DNA of 63,021 nucleotides, the filler included. It is 10 parts of 10 records of this genome, joined end to end, with 100 filler letters (N's around TTAATTAATTAA, not from the genome) between each part and the next. Parts side by side here need not be neighbours in the genome. Positions count along the whole stretch, not along the records: positions 45,703 to 52,233 come from SRR31156797_48428; positions 52,334 to 57,343 come from SRR31156797_48533; positions 57,444 to 63,021 come from SRR31156797_48555; 7 more parts are not named here. One strand, written 5' to 3'. The notes under the pieces were generated by a model. It worked only from the letters and a program-made list of their open reading frames with translations, had not been told where the DNA came from and searched no databases. Positions 48,569-58,386 of the stretch are shown here, piece by piece (within the stretch, counting starts at the first letter, position 1; each line of letters begins with the position of its first letter). A program made the translations under genes and the position numbers.

Positions 48569-50467
48569 ATGAAGCATCTCTCTTGTTTAGTTGATGAGAT
48601 ACAAAGTTTACAACGATTTCTAGAATCAAAAGAGCTCACATCCCTTTTAAACTCAAAAACTGTTTTTGTTCAGATATACTCTTCAAAGATAGATCAAAAA
48701 TGGATAAAACAGCTTCAAACACTCATCTTACAATATTTCCCCTCAGCGTATATCGTAGGAGCATCTACTGTAGGAGAGATTGCTTTTGGAAAAACATATA
48801 TTCAAAGTACGGTTATAGGGTTTAGTTTTTTTGAAAGTTCTAGTATCAATATTTTTACAAAAGAGTGTAAAAAAGGGAAAGAGCTTGAAACAGGAAAGAC
48901 CCTTTCTCAAAAGATTTCACAGATAGAACAAAGAGTGGCAGGAGTCTTGCTTCTGAGTACGCCTTTAAGTATAGAGATATCAAGTTTGTTAAAAGGATTA
49001 GAAGCAGATAAACTTTCTTATCCTTTATTTGGTGGTGGTGCAGGAGATTATGGCTCTATGGAAAACTCTTTGATATTTAACTCTTCATGGTTTAGCCATA
49101 GTGGGGCAATTGTCGTTGTGTTTCAAGGAGATGATCTTTCGATTCAAACTCACAGTTATCTTGGATGGAGACCTTTGAGTAAAAAGATGACCATCACAAA
49201 GACACAAGGGATGCTTGTAAAAACTATTGATGATCGTCCTGCTTTTGAGATATATGATCGATATCTAGGACTTCTAAGAGATGAAAACTTTTTTTTAAAT
49301 GTTTTAGAGTTTCCACTTTTGATCCATCGTGATGGAAAAATCTTGGCAAGAGTTCCTGTTTTTGTTGATGATGAGGGTGGGATAGAGTTTGTAGCAGATG
49401 TATCTGAGGGAGAAACTTTTCAAATAGGATATGGAGATCCAAGCCTTATTATCTCTGATTCTTCAAAAATGCACATAGCGATTCAAAATACTCATGCCCA
49501 AGCAGTTTTTCTATATACCTGTGGGTGTCGACGTTTTTTGATGCAAGATGAGGTAGAGCTTGAAACAGCCCCTTTTGAAAAGATAGCTCCTACTTTTGGA
49601 TTTTATACCTATGGAGAGTTCTTTGGTACACTTGGAGATAATCAGCTTTTAAATTCTACCATGGTGGTTGTAAGTCTTAATGAAGGACAAATGGTTTCAA
49701 AAAGAGTTATAAAAGAAGATCAAGAATCTGAAAATATACTCTTTAAAGATCCTTATTTACACCAACATAGTAGAATTATATCTAGACTAGTTCACTTTGT
49801 TCAATCGGTAACAGATGAAGTTGTTGAACAAAATGAAAAGCTTTCAACTCTGCTAGAAGAGAGAGAAACATTGCTAAAAGAGATACACCATAGAGTCAAA
49901 AATAATTTTCATGCAATAATAGGTGTTTTATCTCTTGGAAAAATGAAGTGTGAGGGATCTACTTTAGAATATGATGAAGCAATCAATCGTATTAGTGTAA
50001 TGTCTCAGATCCATGAAGAGCTGTATCACTCTAGTAATATAGCTCATATTGATACACAAGCATATCTAGTCTCTATTATAAAGAAAATATCTTCTTTATA
50101 TAAAGAGATTCAAGTAGAAACACAAATTGAAAAACTGAAAATAGATTTTGATACAGCTACTATTTTGGGTACGATAATCAATGAACTTATAACCAACTCA
50201 TTTAAACATAATCACACACAAAGGAGTTTAACTATAAAAATATCACTTCAAAAAGATCAAGAAAAATATCTCTTTATTTATTATGATAATGGAGTGGGTT
50301 TTGATATTCAAAAAATAAAAAGAGGTTTAGGTGTAAATCTGATAGAGAAATTTATTGAGAAACTAAAAGATGCTCAATATAGCTTTATCCAAGAAAAAAA
50401 CGGAACGAGTTTTCAACTTAGCTTTCTGCAATATCCAAAGAATATCCTAAACCAAAATGATTGGTAA
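48569..50467 (+). CDS. FIST-domain histidine kinase (HisKA_2 type)
   Basis: GASTVGEI, LFGGGAGD, GW.P, C..R, GFYTYGE (FIST); EIHHRVKNN, DNGVG. Confidence 0.9.
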   Translation: MKHLSCLVDEIQSLQRFLESKELTSLLNSKTVFVQIYSSKIDQKWIKQLQTLILQYFPSAYIVGASTVGEIAFGKTYIQSTVIGFSFFESSSINIFTKECKKGKELETGKTLSQKISQIEQRVAGVLLLSTPLSIEISSLLKGLEADKLSYPLFGGGAGDYGSMENSLIFNSSWFSHSGAIVVVFQGDDLSIQTHSYLGWRPLSKKMTITKTQGMLVKTIDDRPAFEIYDRYLGLLRDENFFLNVLEFPLLIHRDGKILARVPVFVDDEGGIEFVADVSEGETFQIGYGDPSLIISDSSKMHIAIQNTHAQAVFLYTCGCRRFLMQDEVELETAPFEKIAPTFGFYTYGEFFGTLGDNQLLNSTMVVVSLNEGQMVSKRVIKEDQESENILFKDPYLHQHSRIISRLVHFVQSVTDEVVEQNEKLSTLLEERETLLKEIHHRVKNNFHAIIGVLSLGKMKCEGSTLEYDEAINRISVMSQIHEELYHSSNIAHIDTQAYLVSIIKKISSLYKEIQVETQIEKLKIDFDTATILGTIINELITNSFKHNHTQRSLTIKISLQKDQEKYLFIYYDNGVGFDIQKIKRGLGVNLIEKFIEKLKDAQYSFIQEKNGTSFQLSFLQYPKNILNQNDW

Positions 50468-51101
50468 GTGGAAGCGTAGGTACTTTTTTTCGAAGCCTCG
50501 CAAAAGCGTCACGTATCCCTGAATCCGAAATATCTTTTTTCCATATAGTTGTCCGTAAAAGCTCATAAGATACAGGCTGACCTTGTTGTTTTATAAGGAC
50601 TTCAAGAATAGATGTTTCATTTTTTGTTAAAGTTATTTTTTTATGGTTTATATGTAAACTCTTTGTATTGAAATCATAAAAAGAGGTTTCCCCTAAAGAG
50701 GTTTTATTGGAGATTTTATGTTTTGAAAAGATCTGTTTTTTGATCACTTTTAATATAATAGATATATCTTGTTCTGTAAAAGGTTTGATAAGATAACCAT
50801 ATAGATTTGTTTCGCTCGCTTCATCAATAGTATGAGTATCATTATATGCAGTAGTAAAGATTATAGGTGTTGTGTGATAAAAGCTTATCTCTCTTGCACA
50901 CTGTACTCCATCCATAGCCCCATTGATATTTATATCCATAAAAACAAGATCAATGTCATTATTTTTACAAAAGTTCATAGCATCTTTAGCATTGGTAGTT
51001 GTCAAAATATTATAAAATCCAAGTTTTTTTAAAGTTTGATATAAAAACTCTTGAGCAAAGATATCATCTTCTACGATAAGTATAGTTTGATTGTTTTCCA
51101 T
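50418..51101 (-). CDS. response regulator with winged-helix output
   Basis: IVEDD, MDI...G..DG, YL.KPF, LT..E, RLRKK, G.GY; start placed at MENNQ. Confidence 0.9.
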   Translation of the reverse strand: MENNQTILIVEDDIFAQEFLYQTLKKLGFYNILTTTNAKDAMNFCKNNDIDLVFMDININGAMDGVQCAREISFYHTTPIIFTTAYNDTHTIDEASETNLYGYLIKPFTEQDISIILKVIKKQIFSKHKISNKTSLGETSFYDFNTKSLHINHKKITLTKNETSILEVLIKQQGQPVSYELLRTTIWKKDISDSGIRDAFARLRKKVPTLPLTNHFGLGYSLDIAES

Positions 51102-51198
51102 AAAGTGATTATACACTATTTTCAATATCTTTTTTGCGACAAGTTTACGACGACTTATACTATATAATAAATGTAATGTATATATGAGGGAGACTCTT

Positions 51199-52233
51199 AT
51201 GAAAAAAATCAAAAAAAGTTGGTTTATCGCCTTAATATTGTTTATAGGTTTTCAAACTAATGCATTGGCAACATCGTGTTGGGTTACTATGTTTCCAACG
51301 CCATCATGTGAAGGGCCTATGACCTTAGAAGGTAGTGATCAGACGGAATGTGAGGTATTCATGGGTGGTACTTGGTATTCTGATAGTGATGATTGTACTG
51401 CAGGAGTAGGACTGAGTAGTGCAACGCCTGCAAATGGTGATAAGCATGTGGCACTTGATCAAAATATAGTATTAGTCTTTGTAGAGAATGTCGTAGCTGG
51501 TAGTGGAACAATTGAGCTTAAAAATAGTAGCGATGATTCAACTGTTGAGAGCTTTGATATCACTGATACAAATGATGCAACCATTAGTGGTGCTACACTT
51601 ACTTTATTAAAATCTACTACTTTAGTAAAAGAAAATACTTATTATCTAACGATCCCAAGTACAGCTATAGTCTCTTCAAGTGATAACACTAAAACTTTTC
51701 CAGGTTATAGTGATAGTAGTGGGCTTGCATTTTCTACAAACTATAAACCTACTTTAATGGATCTAAGTGATCTTCAGCTCAATCTCAATGGGGCAACTCA
51801 TAGTATAGATTTAAATCCTTTAATGGATAAAGATAGTGATACATTTACTGTCACAGCTACAAGTAATAATAGTAATATAGCTAATCTTACTATTAATAAA
51901 TTTCAACAAATAGGAACTGATATAGATGGGGAAGCTGCAGATGATTGGAGTGGTGATTCAGTTGCACTTAGTAATGATGGTTCTATAGTTGCTATAGGAG
52001 CAGATTTTAATGATGGCAATGGAGATGATTCAGGGCATGTAAGAGTATATGAAAATAATAATGGTACTTGGACACAAATAGGAGCTGATATAGATGGGGA
52101 AGCATCAGGTGATAGAAGTGGTATATCAGTAGCAATAAGTGGGGATGGTTCTATAGTTGCTATTGGAGCATATAATAATGGAGGCACAGCATCTCAAGCA
52201 GGACATGTAAGAGTATATCAAAATATAAGTGGA
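51199..52233 (+). CDS. secreted surface protein (Cys-rich N-terminus, Ig-like domain, FG-GAP-like repeats), 3'-truncated
   Basis: GAGGGAG RBS, signal peptide, TP.NG...V.....I.L.F.E.V..G.G.I (SbsA/Big_5-like), QIG.DIDGEA..D.SG repeats. Confidence 0.8.
51907..52233 (+). repeat. 168-bp (56-aa) tandem coding repeat, about 2 copies visible
   Basis: CAAATAGGA.CTGATATAGATGGGGAAGC at 51907 and 52075; GHVRVY recurs. Confidence 0.85.
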
Positions 52234-52333
52234 NNNNNNNNNNNNNNNNNNNNNNNNNNNNNNNNNNNNNNNNNNNNTTAATTAATTAANNNNNNNNNNN
52301 NNNNNNNNNNNNNNNNNNNNNNNNNNNNNNNNN
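52234..52333. other. artificial contig spacer
   Basis: N44-TTAATTAATTAA-N44. Confidence 0.98.
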
Positions 52334-52555
52334 AGAGCCGACCTGGGAGCCTACCAGAACAGAATGGAAATGGCGATCAAGGGAATCGATGTGGCCGCAG
52401 AGAACCTGCAGGCTTCCGAATCCAGAATCCGCGACCTGGACATGGCAAAAGAATCTGTTGACTTCACCAAGAACCAGATCCTCTCTCAGGCCAGCAACGC
52501 TATGCTTGCTCAGGCCAACCAGAGATCACAGTCGGTTCTCCAGCTGCTGCAGTAG
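52334..52555 (+). CDS. flagellin C-terminus (spirochaete FlaB-like), 5'-truncated
   Basis: [10 protein letters not shown]...[18 protein letters not shown]...NQIL.QA..AMLAQAN...VL.LL. Confidence 0.93.
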   Translation, partial: RADLGAYQNRMEMAIKGIDVAAENLQASESRIRDLDMAKESVDFTKNQILSQASNAMLAQANQRSQSVLQLLQ

Positions 52556-52583
52556 TCCCCCGGGATCCACTCCAGAAGCCGAA

Positions 52584-52641
52584 AAGCCCCGGGAACGCCC
52601 GGGGCTTGCTACCCGCCGCTTATGCAGGCGGGTTTTTGTTT
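52584..52641 (+). terminator. tandem hairpins / terminator after flagellin
   Basis: AAGCCCCGGG-aacg-CCCGGGGCTT, then ACCCGCC...GGCGGGT plus T tract. Confidence 0.75.
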
Positions 52642-52688
52642 ATAATCGGATTGAGGAACGCTCAGACAAGAAGGCCGTCAGTACGGAA

Positions 52689-54311
52689 TCAGGCCCTGTA
52701 AACCACACACTCCCAGGGCCGCAGCATCAGGCCCGCATCATTCCGCCTGAGGGAGGGGTAGTTGGCCGTCAGGATCCCGTCGTCCCCGAAGGGATCGCAG
52801 GCGTGCTCCTGGGGAATACCACTCAGATTCAGGACCACCCGGATACACTCTCCGTCGTGGTTACGGCTGTAGGCGAATACGGCGGGCGCCGATTCTGTCA
52901 TCACCATCTCACCGCGGCAGAGACAGGGCTCAGACTTCCTCAGGGAGATCATCTTCTTATAGAAGGCCAGAATGGAATCGGGGTTGTTTCGCTGGGCTGC
53001 CACATTGATCTGTTCCCAGTGGCGGGCCATCATGATCCAGGGCTCGGCTTCGGAGAACCCGCCGTGGGGAGAGGCGTCCCATTGCATGGGGGTCCGGCTG
53101 TTGTCCCTTCCCCATTTGATGATGTCCTTCATCACCGGTTCCGGATCTTCGCCCCGCTCTTCGGCCGCCCTGACCTTAATGGTGGTATGGGGATCCCGAA
53201 ACTGATCCAGGCTTGTGAATCCGGCGTTTACCATGCCGATCTCATCCCCCTGATAGAGGAAGGGCGTCCCCCATTGGGTCAGGATCATAGCGGCCAGACA
53301 GGTGGCCGACTCCCTCCAGTAGCGCTCCTCGTCTCCCACGACGGAGACCAGACGGGGCAGATCGTGGTTCCCCAGGAAGATAGCGTCCCAGCCCTCTTTG
53401 GAGAGTTCCCGGTACCACTTCTCGTAGAATTTCTTGTAGTTCTGGGCAGGATTGTCTTCGTACTCCCCGTCCTCCAGGAAGCCCAGATGGAAGATCATAT
53501 CGAACTCCCTGCGGCTCTTGTCCACATAGAGCCGGGCGCCCTCGGGGGTGGAGCCGCCGGTCTCCCCCACGGTTACGGGCTTATATTCGGCCATCACCGC
53601 GTCGTGCATCTCCCGCAGATAAGTATGTCCCAGCTCGTGATTGCGGAAATGGCAGAACTGCCGGCTCTCCCCGGGCGCGTGGACATAGTCGGGATTGCCT
53701 TCGGGCTTGCCGATCAGATGGATGGCGTCGAAGCGGATGCCGTCGATCCCCTTCTCCAGCCACCAGCGGACCATGGAATGGATCTCCTTGCGGAGTTCCT
53801 CGTTCCGCCAGTTCAGATCGGGCTGCTTCACCCCGAAGATATGCAGATAGTACTGGCCGGTCTTCTCATCGTACTCCCAGGCCTGGGGGCAGAAATAGGA
53901 GTCCCAGTTATTCGGTTCGTCCGCCCAGATGTACCAGTCCCTCTTGGGATTGTCCCGGCTGCTCCGGGATTCGATGAACCAGGGATGCTCGTCGGAGCTG
54001 TGGTTCAGCACCAGGTCCATCATGATGCCGATGCCCCGCTTGTGGGCCTCCTCTATGAGCTGTTCCAGATCGGCCATGGTCCCCATCTCGGTCATGATGT
54101 TCTGATAGTCCGAGATGTCGTAGCCCATATCGTCGTTGGGGGAGGAGCAGAAAGGGCTGAGCCAGATCATATCGATCCCCAGGTCGGCCAGATAGTCGAG
54201 CTTCCCGGTGACGCCGGGCAGATCGCCGATGCCGTCGCCGTTGGTATCTCTGAAACTTCTTGTATAGATCTGGTAGATCACCAGCTCTTCAAGGGCTTTG
54301 TGGTGGAACAT
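52689..54311 (-). CDS. GH13 alpha-glucosidase / oligo-1,6-glucosidase
   Basis: YQIY.RSF.D.NGDG.GD, DLVLNH, QPDLNW, GIRFDA, GE, NHD, GRDNSRTPMQW. Confidence 0.95.
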   Translation of the reverse strand: MFHHKALEELVIYQIYTRSFRDTNGDGIGDLPGVTGKLDYLADLGIDMIWLSPFCSSPNDDMGYDISDYQNIMTEMGTMADLEQLIEEAHKRGIGIMMDLVLNHSSDEHPWFIESRSSRDNPKRDWYIWADEPNNWDSYFCPQAWEYDEKTGQYYLHIFGVKQPDLNWRNEELRKEIHSMVRWWLEKGIDGIRFDAIHLIGKPEGNPDYVHAPGESRQFCHFRNHELGHTYLREMHDAVMAEYKPVTVGETGGSTPEGARLYVDKSRREFDMIFHLGFLEDGEYEDNPAQNYKKFYEKWYRELSKEGWDAIFLGNHDLPRLVSVVGDEERYWRESATCLAAMILTQWGTPFLYQGDEIGMVNAGFTSLDQFRDPHTTIKVRAAEERGEDPEPVMKDIIKWGRDNSRTPMQWDASPHGGFSEAEPWIMMARHWEQINVAAQRNNPDSILAFYKKMISLRKSEPCLCRGEMVMTESAPAVFAYSRNHDGECIRVVLNLSGIPQEHACDPFGDDGILTANYPSLRRNDAGLMLRPWECVVYRA

Positions 54312-54491
54312 GAAAGGCCTCCCGGGGCTTGGAATGAAGCTGTCACAACTTACCCGATATGGGGGCGCATTGGCAATATCCCGGATGGATCGGAGAAAAT
54401 GTTCATCCCGACTTTATTCACAAAAAAGGGAGAACAGGATAGTCTTCAGGAAACAGGGAGAACCCAATCCATTCCGCAGAGGGAGGCTGAC

Positions 54492-55232
54492 ATGAAATAC
54501 AGCAATCCGTACAAGATCCGTTCCATAGAAATGGACCCTGAATACAGGGTCAAATCCTACCACCTCATATCCTATGCCCAGGACGCGATCGCATGCTATC
54601 TGGCCGATGCGGGCATGGCGGCCTATGACCTTCAGCGCGTGAATCAGTCTTGGGTACTCTCGGGCATTTATACCGAATTCGCCCGGGAGCTCCCCCGCTG
54701 GCGCCAGGCTATAATCACCGATATCTGGGTCAGGAAAGCCAAGGGGGTACAGTATCTTATCGACTTTCAGATCAGCAGCGAAGACAAAACGCTAAGCTAT
54801 GCCAGAGGGACCACGTCCTGGTCCGTTTTTGATGAGATAGAACGCAAACTGGCAAGAAGGCAGGATATTACGGACAAAATGAAACTTCACCCGGAAGAGG
54901 CCTGTCCGGGAGTCCAGCTGCGGAAGATCCTTCCCTATACGGGAGTGGAGACGAATCTCAGCCAAACCGTACACAGCTACGATATTGATTTCAACGGCCA
55001 CCTGAACAGCATCCGCTACATCGCCGGCGCGCTGGAAGCCATACCTGCGGAGACCCGGAAACAAAACGCCCTGGCCATGATTCATATCAAATACATCAAG
55101 GAAGCCATGCTGGGAGACTGCATCAGCTGCTCCTGTTATCGGAACCCGGAGGGGCGGGATTTCTATCATAGGCTATACAATCAGAACGGAGATGAAGCGG
55201 CTGAGATGAACTCGATGTGGGCGGAACGGTAA
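54492..55232 (+). CDS. acyl-ACP thioesterase (FatA/B-like)
   Basis: GGAGG RBS, P.W....I.W, DIDFNGHLN..RY, Y.KEA..GD. Confidence 0.88.
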   Translation: MKYSNPYKIRSIEMDPEYRVKSYHLISYAQDAIACYLADAGMAAYDLQRVNQSWVLSGIYTEFARELPRWRQAIITDIWVRKAKGVQYLIDFQISSEDKTLSYARGTTSWSVFDEIERKLARRQDITDKMKLHPEEACPGVQLRKILPYTGVETNLSQTVHSYDIDFNGHLNSIRYIAGALEAIPAETRKQNALAMIHIKYIKEAMLGDCISCSCYRNPEGRDFYHRLYNQNGDEAAEMNSMWAER

Positions 55233-55299
55233 AACCGCCGGGAGTCCGGAGCGGCCGCCGCAGGCTTCCCCCCTTCCCCCACAGGCGGGGTAAGGGAGA

Positions 55300-56712
55300 T
55301 CAGTCGAAGAGAATCACAGATTTGATAACGGCCTGATCAGTTTCCTGACAGATGCGGATCCCGTCTTCCGCCCTGTGGAAGGCGGTGCGGCAGGAGATCA
55401 GATCCCGGGCGGGGATCTCCTTGTTCGCGATCATCTCCAGAGCCTCTTCAAAGCCCCAATTGGGGATGGCATGGGAGGCGATGATACTGTTTTTGTTGAA
55501 ATGCAGAGCGTTGGCGCTGAAGCTGATATCATCCTCCTCAAAACTGATGCCGTTGTAGATCAGGTTCCCGCCGAATGCCAGGAAGCCCAGATAATCGGGG
55601 ATCACCGCAGGGGGCGCCGTGACGATGATCTTGTCAAAGCCCTCGGGGAAGCGGGATTTCAGCTCTTCCTTCCAGTTTTCGGAAGCGGCATTGACCGTGC
55701 CATCGGCTCCCAGGGCGTAGGAAGCCCCCTCCCGGTGTACGGCCCGGGCGGAGCCGTCGAAACGTCCGCACATCAGGACCGAACCTGCGCCCTTTCTCTT
55801 CGCCAGAGAGAGGGCGCAGATTCCGATGATGCCGGGTCCCACGACCAGAACCCTCTCCCCCTCCTCGATCCGGGCCCGGTCGATCAGATCCATGGACACC
55901 GTCAGGGGCTCGGCGACGGCGGCCTCCATATACTCCAGCTTGCCCCGAAAGGGGATAACCATGGCGGCGGGAACGGTAAGGAACTCGGCCAGTCCGGACC
56001 TGTCGTCCATATAGCTCTGGATATTCGTGCACTTGTCCTTCCGCCCTTTCAGGCAGGAGGGGCACTTCCCGCAGGCGATATTGTTCTGAACGACCACCTT
56101 GTCCCCGGCCTTCACCCCTTCCACGCCGTTTCCGACCCGCTCTATGATCCCGGCGAGTTCGTGCCCCAAAGGCATGGGCCTTCCTTCGGGAAGATCGTTC
56201 AAAAAATGGATATCCGTGCCGCAGATGCCGCAGGCCTTGATCCTGACCAGGACCTCGCCGTCTTCGGGTTCGGATATCTTCAGCCTTCTGTAGCCGAGTC
56301 TCCCCTTCTCCTCCACCCAGAGGGAGAGGAACTCGTCGTCTCCCTTGAAGAGGACCGGCTCCCTGTTCAGACAGTCCCGCTCGTACCAGCGTTTCCCCAG
56401 GACCTCGGGGGGGTGGATCTCATCGGCCTCGGGAGCCTGGTAGATCTTCTCGAAGGAGACGGGCTCTCCGATGGAGAGGACATGATGATGGACCTTGCCG
56501 TCCATGACGAACCACTCCTCCCAGAAGAGCTCATCCAGTCTGCCTTCGGGAGGCAGGGCGTTCAGGATAATGGGAAACCCGTCGCATCGCCTGACGGTCC
56601 AGGTCCAGGAGGCATAGGACGCCGCCAGGTCTTCCGGCGAAACAGGAATCTCCAGCTCTTTGAAAATTCCCGCGACCTCCCGGGCCGAGCTGTATGTCTT
56701 GTAGCTGTTCAT
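55300..56712 (-). CDS. zinc-dependent MDR dehydrogenase with about 125-aa extra N-terminal domain
   Basis: ACGICGTD, LGHE..G, C..C..C......C, AEP, G.G.IG; residues 1-125 are not MDR-like. Confidence 0.88.
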   Translation of the reverse strand: MNSYKTYSSAREVAGIFKELEIPVSPEDLAASYASWTWTVRRCDGFPIILNALPPEGRLDELFWEEWFVMDGKVHHHVLSIGEPVSFEKIYQAPEADEIHPPEVLGKRWYERDCLNREPVLFKGDDEFLSLWVEEKGRLGYRRLKISEPEDGEVLVRIKACGICGTDIHFLNDLPEGRPMPLGHELAGIIERVGNGVEGVKAGDKVVVQNNIACGKCPSCLKGRKDKCTNIQSYMDDRSGLAEFLTVPAAMVIPFRGKLEYMEAAVAEPLTVSMDLIDRARIEEGERVLVVGPGIIGICALSLAKRKGAGSVLMCGRFDGSARAVHREGASYALGADGTVNAASENWKEELKSRFPEGFDKIIVTAPPAVIPDYLGFLAFGGNLIYNGISFEEDDISFSANALHFNKNSIIASHAIPNWGFEEALEMIANKEIPARDLISCRTAFHRAEDGIRICQETDQAVIKSVILFD

Positions 56713-56866
56713 GATGGCGCTTCCTTGTCAATCGATTCAGATATGATTTTATACTTAGTTCCCAGAAAAAAGAACGGCTTTCCAACGGAATATTCGTTTC
56801 TGCAGAACAGGCGAAACGACTTTGGGCATAAGAGGCGAGAGACGGGCCGCTCCAGGAGGGATAGGT

Positions 56867-57343
56867 CTAAAAAACCTGGTCAAGGTTCTCAAATATGCTT
56901 TTAACATGAGCCTCCATCGCTGAGTAACTCTTTTTCGGATCCCTGTTCTTCAGGGCGTCAAGCAATTTCTTATGCTCTTTGAATGAGTTAACGTCCTCTT
57001 CCCTTTTAAAAAGGAAATTATCATAGAAGATCAGATAGATATCGCTTTTCGAAATCAGCTCTTCAATGTATTTGATAAAATAATCATTCCTGCAGGCCCT
57101 CACCATGGTCATATGGATCTGCTTGTTGATGGTAATATACTCTTCAACGCTCTTCCTGCGGAAACAGTCCTGCTCCACGTGCATAAGCTGTTCCAGTTCC
57201 TGAATCTCCTCATCGGTAATTTGGGACGCGGCCAGCTCGACAGCTTTGGTCTCAAGGTGAAGGCGACAGGTGAAAAGCTGCAGGAACTCTTCTTTGGTAG
57301 GACAGACTATATAGGCCCCTTTTCTCGGAATAATGTTGACCAG
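56867..57343 (-). CDS. GntR-family regulator (FCD domain), 5'-truncated
   Basis: Open to the contig edge: LV.IIPRKGAY.V, R..LE, N...H, EH..L..AL..RD, M..H. Confidence 0.9.
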   Translation of the reverse strand: MVNIIPRKGAYIVCPTKEEFLQLFTCRLHLETKAVELAASQITDEEIQELEQLMHVEQDCFRRKSVEEYITINKQIHMTMVRACRNDYFIKYIEELISKSDIYLIFYDNFLFKREEDVNSFKEHKKLLDALKNRDPKKSYSAMEAHVKSIFENLDQVF

Positions 57344-57443
57344 NNNNNNNNNNNNNNNNNNNNNNNNNNNNNNNNNNNNNNNNNNNNTTAATTAATTAAN
57401 NNNNNNNNNNNNNNNNNNNNNNNNNNNNNNNNNNNNNNNNNNN
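57344..57443. other. artificial contig spacer
   Basis: N44-TTAATTAATTAA-N44. Confidence 0.98.
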
Positions 57444-58373
57444 CCATCATCCCGGCCAAGCATTATGATTGAATTCCGCTCCGAAACCCTATGGCTTGAC
57501 GGGCCTCAACAATCAGTAGAAAGAATCCTAAAAATACTTCAGGGCCAGGGTGCGCAAATCCTTAGCGTCAAGCCGTCCAGGGTGGACCTGTGTATAGATT
57601 TTGTTTTCAGTGAAAAACTGTGGTCTTCCAAAATTTTAGAATTTCGAGTTACCAGAGCGGTTGATGCCGCAGTCTATTATCAAAACAAAACGATGACAGG
57701 TGTTATGGTTGGCCGCGGGGGAATAGTTTCGGCAAGGCTTTATGACAAGTTCAGGGAAATCCAAACCCGATCAAAAAAAACTTGGTTCTTTGATCTTTGG
57801 GGCTTGAATCAAGAGCCTGAGGGAATGAAGATCATCCGGGTTGAATTCCAGTTACGGCGCGAAGCTCTTAAAGAATTGGGAATTGAAAGCGTATGGAACT
57901 TGTTTAGCTTGGCAGACAATGTATGGGCTTACTGCACCCAAAAGTGGCTCAAATTTCAAGACCGTCCAGGAAACCATCACACTATGAGAAGAACATTGGA
58001 CTGGTGGCGATCAGTCCAAAACGGATTTTTCGGAAGCCAAGAACCTTCACCCCTGATTCGATGCAAAGCAATGAAACAAGATAAAGAACAAATTTTCGCT
58101 CAAGCATACGGGCTTTTAAGTTCACTGGCGGCTATTGGTCTTGAGGAGCAAGGGAAGGAATTACTTGCCCGGGCCGATATTGTAGAGGCTCTTAAAATGT
58201 TCATACGAACAAACGATGACAAAAGGCTGACACCGGGATTCTTCGCCGATCAGGTGACTAAGAAACGAGCGAAGTATCACCGGATTTTAGATAAAGCTGT
58301 AGAGGTCGCAGCAACTCGAAGGGATCAGAATTTCCCATTAGGGAACTTGGCTCACTTAAACCAAACAACTTGA
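57444..58373 (+). CDS. Rep_trans-like rolling-circle replication initiator / relaxase, 5'-truncated
   Basis: Open from the contig edge; SRVDLC.D, G......RLYDK..E, R.EFQLRR. Confidence 0.75.
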   Translation, partial: PSSRPSIMIEFRSETLWLDGPQQSVERILKILQGQGAQILSVKPSRVDLCIDFVFSEKLWSSKILEFRVTRAVDAAVYYQNKTMTGVMVGRGGIVSARLYDKFREIQTRSKKTWFFDLWGLNQEPEGMKIIRVEFQLRREALKELGIESVWNLFSLADNVWAYCTQKWLKFQDRPGNHHTMRRTLDWWRSVQNGFFGSQEPSPLIRCKAMKQDKEQIFAQAYGLLSSLAAIGLEEQGKELLARADIVEALKMFIRTNDDKRLTPGFFADQVTKKRAKYHRILDKAVEVAATRRDQNFPLGNLAHLNQTT

Positions 58374-58386
58374 GGAGGTATGAATT

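Noticed and set aside
52389-55232. 947-aa plus-strand ORF
   Set aside because: Mostly the antisense shadow of the GC3-rich GH13 gene; only 54492-55232 (thioesterase with its own RBS) looks real.
55375-56904. 509-aa plus-strand ORF
   Set aside because: Antisense to the Zn-dehydrogenase; no motifs.
6501-57443. Recurring TTAATTAATTAA as a biological repeat or CRISPR
   Set aside because: Always embedded in N runs, so it is an assembly linker. No repeat-spacer array was seen anywhere.
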